From an uncultured Nitrospinota bacterium (GTDB lineage: Bacteria; Tectomicrobia; Entotheonellia; J063; CAVPRW01), in NCBI GenBank assembly GCA_963707985.1, contig CAVPRW010000013.1, positions 32,001 through 96,000 of the forward strand: a DNA stretch of 64,000 nt, in the 5' to 3' direction. Position numbers and translations under genes: made by a program. Position 1 is the first letter of the stretch. The number at the start of each line of letters is the position of its first letter. The notes below the pieces were generated by a model. It was given only the letters and a program-made list of their open reading frames with translations. It made no database searches and was not told where the DNA came from. This document shows positions 32,686-41,480 of this stretch, piece after piece.

Positions 32686-35600
32686 CTAGCTCTCCAGGAG
32701 CCTCACAACATATTGTGAGACATTGAATGTAGCACGCGAGGAGTGAGGGCAGCATGGGTTATCCTTGCAGTGGAATTGTTGGCGGTCGTCTGCACCTGCG
32801 GCTTGGGCCTCAAAAAACGCCCAGGCGGTGCGGTAGTCGTCCTCGCGGCTGGCGCGGGCGAAGGGCGCTACCCAGCGCCGTTCTTTCAGATATGGGCCGG
32901 TGGGCAGGGTATCGTCCTGCACCCATTGCTGCACCACCGCGCCGTCGGGTAGGCCCTGCACGTCTTCCCAGCCGAACTGGCCATCGCGCACCGTGCCATC
33001 GGGCAGCGTGATGCGCGCTTTGGGTTGCGAGGTGCCGCCCTTGCGCGGCAGGCCGACGCCCACCAGGCCCTTGCTGTTGGTGAAGACGATGCGGCCGTGC
33101 ATGTCGTACCAGGTGTCGCGCTCGTACTGCTGCATGACCGGGAACTGCACGCGGTAGACCAGCAGCAGTTCGTCCAGCGTCAGGCCCAGGGCCTGGGCCA
33201 CCAGCACGTCGATCTCCACCAGCGCCATGCGGCGGGCGTAGTCGGTGCGCAGGGCGCAGTGGCGCTGCCAGGCGGGCGTGAGGCGGGCGAAGAAGTCCTG
33301 CGGCAGGCGCGGGTTGTCGGGCTGGCTCCAGCGCTGTTGGGTGAAGTCGGGGGTGAAGACTTCGGACCAGAGGGGGGCGTAGTGGGTGGTGAGGCAGTTG
33401 AGCGCGAGATAACGCGGGCAGTCACGCTATAGCCTGTATCAATCAGGGGAGCTTGTGTGCTAAATCGCTGCGCAAATTGGCTTTTCCCGTTGTTTTAACG
33501 AGAAAATCAAATAGGATTGAGGCCATGCTTGCGGAGAAAGCAACCAAAGAAAGCGACTCTTTGAAAGTAATCGAAAATCCACCGTCAATATGCGCAGTTC
33601 CTCGGTGGCATGAGTCCCGCCGATTGTGGTCCGGTCCATGGAGATGCTGATCATTCTCCGATGAATATGTCGAAAATACTCTGTGACTGGTCTGGAGCTA
33701 GTTTCTCCCGGCTCAACCCAGCTCACACGCGGAATTCGCCGTAGGTATTCGACGCGGTCGGCCATAGGGTGGTAGTTGGTACGCGGCAGGTAGTCGTCAG
33801 GGATGACCTCGAGGTCAATGGGGTCGTAATGGCCGTTCGCCGTACACACCCGACGCGGGGTTTTGTTGAAGGGGTTGGCCAGAAAGAAGTGCGGACCGGA
33901 CAGCACCCAGTCGCTGGCATCGGTGACGAAACCGTTGTCGCCAGAGGTACGCCGGTGGATAGTGCCATCTTTCTGTGCGCTAGCTTTCATCCAACATCTC
34001 TGTGGAGAAATAGTCATCCCCTAGATCGGCGAGGCGGCGCGGGTAGGCTGCCAGCTTGTCCAGCACGCCCTGCAGCGCACCGGCATGCAGGGCTGGCAGG
34101 CGGGCGCGGCGCGGTGGTGTGCCTTGTTCGTCGTATAGCTGAGCAAACACGGCCAGCGCAGCGTCGGTCACACGCACGATGCGGTCGCGGTGGCCAGCGA
34201 TGTTCCATTTGCCGTCTTCGGTCTTATATCCACCCACCGTGCCAGTGCCATCGTGAGCGTAACAGGCATCCACGGTGGCAGGGGCAAACAGGTTGGCCAG
34301 TTGATCAAAGGCGGGTTGATCTTGAGGCGGCCCGTAGAGGTTAATGCTGTACTTGGTGTGGTGATCCACTTCGGCAAACAGTTGCAGTTCGTTGATGAAC
34401 TGAAAATGTGCCCGCAGCCGCGGATAGAGCGCCTCACGAAGCGCACCACCCTTGGGGTCATCATACGGCCCTTCGGGGTGTAGATAGGCCGCCACCCCAT
34501 GGTTGCCCGACAGCCGCCAGCCCAGCGGCAGGAAGCACTTGTACAGATTCGCTTTCATGCCCTTGAGCAGCGGGTAGTTCTGCGTGCCATTCAGAAAATT
34601 CTGCGTCGCTTCGGCCTGTTCCAGCTCCGCAGTCCAGGCGTCCTGCAGGCCGGGATAGGTACTAAACGCCTCATCGCGCAGCTTTCCCAGGTCAGAGGCC
34701 GAGAACTTGCGGATGGCAAACAACGGGTTTTTCTCACCCAGGATGCCCGCCTCTTTCCACTCAACCTTGATCCATGGCGGATTCCCCAGCACCAGATCAA
34801 AGCCCCCACGCCTGGCGAACACATCGGCAAAGTTGAGTTCCCAGTGCAGGAACCGCGCTGCCGTGGCGAGGTCTTCCACCGTCTGCACGCGCGGAAAATG
34901 CTCGCGCAGCCGGCTGATGCGCAACTGGCCGAACCTGTCGTGCAGGTTCGGGCCGGTCGGGTCGCTGGCCGGCGCCGTCTGGTGTCCCGCTCCCAGCAGG
35001 CTGAGCTGCGTGGCGGACGCCGGGCCGGGCAGCTGCTGGCTGTGGCTCTGGCGCGAGCGCAAGGTCGAACTGGGGTTGCGGGGTCAGGTCCACCACATTG
35101 CCCTCGAGGATGGCGCCGATCTCCATCCACCACTGCTCCCGACTGGGCAACTGGCTGCTGCCGCGAATGGGCCAGAACCACAGGGCGCACCAGTAGTCCA
35201 TCACCAGTTTGAGGCGGCGGAACGGCGTGGCCAGGTCATCGTCCTCGTTGAACAGGCCGCGCTTGCGGATGGCTTCCTTGGCGGCGCGCGTCGAGCCGGA
35301 CGCATGCGGGTCTTCAGCCGGCCAGACGGGCAGCGGGTCCTCCGTCGCCTCGCGGTCGCGCGCCAGCACCCTGGCGTGCTGCTGCCAGAGATCATCGACC
35401 ATGGCCGAGAGCTGCTGCAAGCGGGCGATCTCGTGCCGCTCCAGCGGCTTGAGAAACTCCTTGCGCCACTGCTTCAAGCGCTCGAAATCTGTGGGATAGA
35501 GCTTGCGGGCCACCTTGTCGGTGTAGTTGGCCATGCCCGGGTCGGGCAGCAGGAAGTGGTAGATCTCGTCGGGCTGGCGCACCGGGTGCTGCGGGTCCAG

Positions 35601-37787
35601 CCGGCGCGGCGCCTCGTCGTACCAGGCGGGTTTGGCGTTCCTGACGCAGTTGCGAGGCGCGATACACCTCGCGGCGGGCGCCGATCAGGCTGTTGCCGGC
35701 AAACAACTGGTAGCCAAACCAGGGCACGCGGGCCTGACGCGGGGCGCCGTCTTCGGCCTCGTCCTCGCCATAGATGGCGTTGAGCCACAGCGACACCTCG
35801 GCCAGCTCCACCGCCACCGGGTTCAGGTCCACGCCGAAGACATTGCGGTCGGCCAGGTACATGCGCACCTTCTGCAGCTCGCGCGGGTAGTCCTCGTGCG
35901 GGATGCGCCGGCCCAGCTCGGCCTGCTTCAGCTCCAGATACTTCTCGGCGAGCTGATTGATCGCCTCGTTCAAGAACGCCGCGCTGCCCATGGCCGGCTC
36001 GCACACGGTGATACGCAGAATGTCGTCGGCGGTCTTGCCCTGGAGCAGTTCCTTCAGGGCGTACTTCACCAGGCAGCGCGTCAGCACCTGCGGCGTGTAG
36101 TAGCTGGCGCTCTTTTGGCGGTCGCGCCCGGCCAGGCGGTAGATGAAGGTGCCGCGCTCGTACTTGCGCAGCTTGCGGTGCCCGGCATCATCGACGTCGT
36201 ACACCTTCTCGGTGTTCTTGTAGTCGCCGATGCGGCTGGCGGGCACAAACCAGGCGTTGTCCAGCACATCGGTGCTGCCGCCGCCCTCCGCTTCACCCGC
36301 TTCCTCATCGTCCTCGTCGTCATCGGCGGCCCGGGCCTGCTTGCGCTCAGGCATCACCTCGTACAGATCTTCCGTGGCAAAAAAGCCGCGATACGACAGC
36401 AGGGCTTCGTACACCGCCCCGAGCTGGTTGATCGACAGCAACTGATAGCTGACCCGCCCCTTCCGCTTGCCCTTGCCGCCCGACAGCGACATCAGGCGGA
36501 TGACCCGTTGCCACACATGGTTGGGGAAGCGCACCCGATTCAGCAACGGCGTGCTGGCCTCGTCGAACAGACGGCTGTCGAGCGGTGCCAGCACAAAGGC
36601 ATCGCGCACACTGGCAACGCTCAGGGGTTGCTGCACGGCCGGCGCGCAGCCCGTCGCCACCAGGGAGAACAGCCGGCGCAGGGTGTGGTCGAAGTACAGA
36701 CCGTCGCGGGCCTGCGGCGTGTGCAGCGGCGTCAGCTCCAGGTCGCGCAGGGACTCTAGACTGTAGCCCTTGAGGTAGATGTCGCTGTTGCGGATGGGCA
36801 CGTAGCCCAGCTCCGGCCGCGCCTCGATGTAGAACATGAAGAGCAGGCGGTACACCAGGCGCAGGCATTCCAGGCTCAGCTGCTCGGGGTCTAGCTCGTC
36901 CTTGCCGGAGAAAAACCCTCGTTTGGCCTCCACCGCCTGCTGGCGCAGCTGCCGCACGGCCTCGTTGCCGAGCACCTCGATGGCTTCACGGATCGCGTAT
37001 TTCAGATCCTCGCTGACCCCAAAGGCGTGCTTATGGGCGTTCTCGTCCAGGCTCTCCAGCAGGCTGGCGCCACTGCCAGGTGCCAGCGAGTCGCGGTGCA
37101 GCAAGGCTGCCGCGGCCTGCAGGGTGAGCGGCTCCTTGCGGTCGAGGATCTCGTTCCAGTCAAAACGCAGGGCACGGCTGTTGGGCCACTTGAAGCGGTC
37201 CAGCAGCAACCACTCGTGGAGGCCCACCAGGATGATGAAGCGTGGCGCCTGGTCGGCCCCGAACAGCGCGTCCGACACGATGGCGGCAAAATCCTCCTCG
37301 GCCAGCGCGGGCGGCACCGGCACACCCGCATAGTGCACCGCCGACAACTGCTGATCGAGGATGTCGTCGTCCTCCTGCCCCGGATTGTAGGCCGGCACGA
37401 CCAGCACCTGCGGCGCCTTGCCGGCATCGCCGAGCACCTGCCACACCGGCACCGGCATGCCAGCCTGCAGTTCCAGGTATTGGGGGGTGATGGCGTAGCC
37501 CAGGGCCTGCAGCAGCCCCTGCTGCACCTCCTGGAAACTGGCGAGCTGCTCCGCGGCAGCGCCACCGCGCGGTGCCCAGCGTTGCGCAACGCGAACCACT
37601 GGCCGGCCCAGCTGGCGAGCTGCTTGAAGGGCGCCCGCTGCGCCGGATCGGCCTCTTCCGCGGCGGCCCACTGCTCGAGACGCTCCCGGATATCGCCCTT
37701 GAACACCTCAGCCAGGTAGTGGTGGCTGTAGAACTCGTTCTCATTGACGATGCCAACAAAGGTCTGCACGGCTTCGACTACTGGCAT
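32686..37787 (-). pseudogene. Large N6-adenine DNA methyltransferase (Type IIG/IIL-like, DrmMI/PglX-related), multiply frameshifted
   Basis: GIVNENEFYSHHYL start, INQLGAVYEALL, RQKSASYYTP, motif I CEPAMGSAAFL, GVDLNPVAVELA and motif IV FDLVLGNPPW. At least six frame changes (about 37565, 35640, 35030, 33985, and several in 33410-33620). Confidence 0.88.
32703..32856 (-). repeat. Junction repeat R4 (native MTase 3' end followed by truncated helicase start)
   Basis: GGATAACCC-ATGCTGCCCTCACTCCTCGCGTGCTACATTCAA (MLPSLLACYIQ, ATG 32755) versus the true start GGATAAGCC-ATGCTCCCCTCACTCCTAGCGCGCGACATCCAA (MLPSLLARDIQ, 23758). Confidence 0.92.
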
Positions 37788-37869
37788 GGGTGTTCTCCGC
37801 TTCTTGGCTCGGAGAGTATCTCACCATCATTGCGCCATTGGGCAGCGCCGGTCTGGCGTAGCTGTGTGC

Positions 37870-38190
37870 CTATTCGATATCGATGCGATAGCTTACCATC
37901 CACAGTTCAAGCTGCTCAAGGCGTACTTTCCAGCGGTTTTTGAACTGTCTCATCCATTGGCGATTCCTGGGGCTGTCGGCGACATCCACAACGATCCGCA
38001 CAAGGTCGTCCCGGTAAAGAATCCCACTGTGACGCCAGTGCCCTTCCACTTTCTGCGTCTCGTAGCTGGCCGCACCGAAGTTATCCACAATTTCGAGCAC
38101 CGCCTCAGCAATCCATTCTCCTGGAACGTCTCGTCCATCATTGAACCGGAGGGGTAGCAGTACCTCGAATCGCCGCCATCTGCTGCTCAT
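37870..38190 (-). CDS. Hypothetical protein (downstream member of a TA-like pair)
   Basis: 106 aa: RRFEVLLPLRFNDG...GHW....YRDDLVRIVVD...FK..WK.RLEQLELWMVSY; overlaps the upstream small ORF. Confidence 0.72.
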   Translation of the reverse strand: MSSRWRRFEVLLPLRFNDGRDVPGEWIAEAVLEIVDNFGAASYETQKVEGHWRHSGILYRDDLVRIVVDVADSPRNRQWMRQFKNRWKVRLEQLELWMVSYRIDIE

Positions 38191-38362
38191 AAGTCGTCTT
38201 GCCTTTGACGGTAAAGGGAATGTTTTGATCAGCCAGGGCTTCCAAGGCTGCCTCAGGTACGAGGTGCTCACCAGAGCGGAGTACGCGTCCCGAAAAGCGA
38301 CCAAGCAAAAAGGCTAGGGCGCGTTTCTCTGTGGCACGGTCAGGAAAGATAATGGTCACCAT
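38138..38362 (-). CDS. Hypothetical small protein (upstream member of a TA-like pair)
   Basis: 74 aa from MVTIIFPD, with GAGGAGG RBS. Confidence 0.68.
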   Translation of the reverse strand: MVTIIFPDRATEKRALAFLLGRFSGRVLRSGEHLVPEAALEALADQNIPFTVKGKTTYEQQMAAIRGTATPPVQ

Positions 38363-38457
38363 GTGCTGAAACCTCCTCGCACATCCTATCGAGTTGATGT
38401 ATAGCGCCACTGACAGACTGGTTCACGGCAATAACCTGGGTGTATTGTGGGGCGGGC

Positions 38458-38505
38458 GGCTTCCTGAAACAGAATGGCCAGCACGGCTGACGTGTCGATG
38501 ATCAC
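38458..38505 (-). pseudogene. vapC: VapC 5' stub
   Basis: GTG overlapping the vapB stop reads (M)IIDTSAVLAILFQE, then similarity ends. Confidence 0.7.
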
Positions 38506-38756
38506 GACGGCAACCCCTGCTCGTCATAGAGCAAAGTTGCGTGCTCGTCAGACGTTGCCGGCGTATGGAGATGAGCGGCACAACGCCGGCCAATGGCCAT
38601 GAGCTCAGCGGCGGTGGCTTTCTGGCGCTGCTTGGAGAGGCGCGCTAGGCGTTCGCGCACCGCCTCCGTGACCGCCTGCGTCAGCGTCTCCCCCGTCAAC
38701 CTGGCCAGTTCCGTCGCAAGCCGGTGCGTCTCAGGGTTCTTAATGTTCAGGGTCAT
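38502..38756 (-). CDS. vapB: VapB antitoxin (Rv0623-like)
   Basis: MTLNIKNPETHRLA.ELA.LTGETLT.AV..AVRERL...LLYDEQGLP. Confidence 0.88.
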   Translation of the reverse strand: MTLNIKNPETHRLATELARLTGETLTQAVTEAVRERLARLSKQRQKATAAELMAIGRRCAAHLHTPATSDEHATLLYDEQGLPS

Positions 38757-38768
38757 GGGACGCTCCTA

Positions 38769-38796
38769 TGGTAGAAAATTCTTTGCCATTCTACCA
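38769..38796 (-). promoter_or_regulatory. Palindromic operator overlapping the extended -10 of vapB
   Basis: TGGTAGAA-N12-TTCTACCA inverted repeat; the minus strand contains TG-G-TAGAAT. Confidence 0.6.
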
Positions 38797-38899
38797 GACG
38801 GAGCAGCCTGCGACAATCGAGGCAACGGGGAAGCTGGAAGGATTGGCTAAGGCCGTACCGCGCCGTATGCCATCGCATGGCTCCTTGTAGACGTACGGC

Positions 38900-41350
38900 T
38901 CAGCCGCACACCGCGGCGAGGACCTGCAGGTAGGGTTCAGGCTCAGTGCTCAGGGTATCCTCCACCCACTGGCGATACTCGTCAAATACCCGTCTGATGA
39001 CCCGACTGCGGCGCTCGAACTGGCTGCGCCTGACCTGCTCCAACTGCTTCTCGAGGCGCAATTCCAGTTGTTGCACTTGCTCGGTCTGCAGGCGCTCCAG
39101 GTCCGCCAGCGTGCCCTGCAGACGCTGCTGCATCTCGTCGGCAAAGGCGGCCTGCCGTTGCACCATGTGCTGGCGCATGCAGGCGACCGCCTCCGGCAGC
39201 GCCGCCTGCAAGTCCTGCAACGGGGAGCTCAGCCCCGGATTCGGCAACCGACCGGCCTGGAGACCAGCACGCTGTACAAAGGCATCGTAGGGCTCCAGCG
39301 TAAACGGCTGGCCGGGGTGCCGGCAGGCCACCTGCCAGTCGACCAGCAGCGGTTGGCCCTTGCGGTTGGGGACCAGGCCCATCATCACAAAGGCCTGCTC
39401 GCCAGGTTGCAGGTAATGGCTCTGGATGACTGGGGCGCGATGGCGGCCAAACAGCGTGATGACGCGGTCGACCAGCCAGTCGACGATGGGGTGCTGCGGC
39501 CACAGGTAATGCAGCTGCGGCCATGTCTCGTCCTCAGCCTTGGCCTGACGGGCCTGCTCAATGGCCTGCTTCAGACGCGCCGGGTCGGCGCACAACTCAT
39601 AGCGGTGATCGCTGCTGCGCACCTCGCGAGGGAGCTGCTGCAGCCGCTCCTGCAGGTCGGGTGGCGCGGTGATGGCCAGACCCTGTGCCACCTCGTTCGT
39701 CGTCCACTGCAGCCAGTCGCGTGCCGGAGCCAGCTGGGTCAGGGCAGCTGTGGCAAAGTGATACTCGCTCTTGAAGAGGCTCGGCCAGTCTTCGATGTGG
39801 TCGCTGCTCTGAGAGGCGAGGGGTTTTTCTAACGGAGCTGCCGCCGTCCCACCGCCGAACAACTGCAGCAGCCAGTCGCCCTCGTTGGCCTGCCTGCTCG
39901 TCCAGCGTGGCCGACACTTGCGCTGGCGTCATGCCATTGGCCATAAACTCGCTGACTTTCTCCACTTCTTTGTCCGGGTCGTAGACGTTGAGAAAAGCCG
40001 CCGGGTCACCCAGGTTCAGGGTGGCCTGCTCGTCCTTCTGTTCCAGGATCTCCAGGATGCGCAGGTCGCCGCGGATTTTCTCCACCTGCGTGGCGGTGAA
40101 CAGATAGAGGATCTGCGGTTCCTGCGCCTGGCCATAGCGATCGACGCGCCCGTTGCGCTGCTGAAAGACCATCAGCGACCATGGCAAGTCAAAGTGTATG
40201 AGTCGGTGGCAGAAGTAATGGAGATTCAGGCCCTCGGACGCCACGTCCGAACAGAGCAGCAGCCGCAACGGATCCTCCCGGCGCCCGAAGCGCTCGACGA
40301 TCTCCTGTTGCGCGGTATCGGGAAGCTGGCCATGCATGAGCGTGATCTGCTGGTCGTGCAGGCGCAGATCGCGCTGCAACTGACCATGCAACCAGCGCAG
40401 GGTCTCGAGGCGCTCGGAGAACACGACCAGCGCGGTCCGCCGGATTGCTCAAGACCCACCCGGACTCGGCAGACGTGAGATAGGCCAGCAGCCGCTGGTA
40501 CTTGCTGAAATTGTTGGCATCGATACAGCCCAGCGCTGCGGCGAAGGCCTGTAAATCCGCCACTTCCTGCCGTTCGTCAGCCGTGGGTTGATGCCCTCGG
40601 GTGAGCAGTTGGATGCGCTTATGGGTCGACTCGAGCGCAGCGAACGGGCTGGAGAAGATGGCCTTTTGCATAGCGACGCGTTGCAGCTCCTGCTGTTTAC
40701 CGCCTCTGTGCGTACCACCCTGGGTGAAACGGATGGCGAGCAGGGCCCGGTAGGCGGCTTCTTCAGCTGCTGAGGCCTGTGGGGTGAGTTTGATCGTGCG
40801 CCGTTCCTTGAAGTCGCCCGTCACCTGGTCCCTGATATCCTTCTTGAAGCGGCGAATGACCAAGCCCTTTGTCGCGATAATCCTTCGGCGTGTAGTCATC
40901 GGGGTCACTGATCGCCGTGGGATCGAGGAGGGCCATGAGCGACGCAAAGCTCCGCGCTGAGCCATCGTGCGGCGTGGCCGACAACAGGATCAGCGTGTCG
41001 GAGCGGCCGGCGAGTTTCTCGGCCAGGCGCGCCCGCCGCGACTTGCCCTGCTCAGCGGCGCGCGCCGCGACGTTGTGACACTCATCGATGACGATGATGT
41101 CCCACCAGGCGTTCTCGAGATAGTTGCGATATTCGAGGTTGTTCTTCAGGGTGTCGATCGAGATGATGCTGCGGTCGAAGTAATTGAACGGGTTGTGGTT
41201 GCTGGGGATGCGGTGACGCACCAGGTCAGACACACCATCACAGGTCAGCAGACGGCCACCATCGTTTGACGGGTCCACCCGCCGGACGAGCCATTCCTCA
41301 TCGCGCACCACGATACGGGCTCCCGGAGCAATGGGGGTGTTCGTCACCAT
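38900..41350 (-). pseudogene. SNF2-family helicase (DrmD/BrxHII-like), internal deletion plus 3 frameshifts
   Basis: IVIDECHN, LLSATPHDG, IRRFKKDI, VFSERLETL, SDVASEGLNL, HFDLPWS and QRNGRVDRYGQ. No Walker A before DECH. Shifts near 40865, 40432 and 39890. Confidence 0.87.
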
Positions 41351-41480
41351 TGTCCTCCTAGCACGTCAGTCAACATGTTGCCACCGTTCCGGGTCACTCG
41401 CCGCGAGTGAGCACCCCCGATCCATCCGGCTCATGCCGCCCCTACCCGGAATGGCCTAGCATCCTGATCATCGTCGGCCG

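Noticed and set aside
32537..32755. 72-aa ORF MLPSLLACYIQ... as a gene
   Set aside because: Only the first ~11 codons match the helicase start. It is part of repeat R4 and overlaps the real antitoxin gene.
23760..32860. Interpreting the TA array as an integron or CRISPR array
   Set aside because: No intI, attC hairpins, cas genes or short identical repeats. The repeats are diverged gene-junction copies with ~1 kb spacing.
38846..38890. RBS plus ATGGCATACGGCGCGGTA after the SNF2 stop as a duplicated MTase start
   Set aside because: Only faint similarity to MPVVEAVQ; not enough to claim that the same duplication mechanism acts at this junction.
15215..41350. Calling the operon canonical DISARM or BREX
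   Set aside because: No DrmC phospholipase D, no separate DrmA/DrmB, and no PglZ or BrxC.
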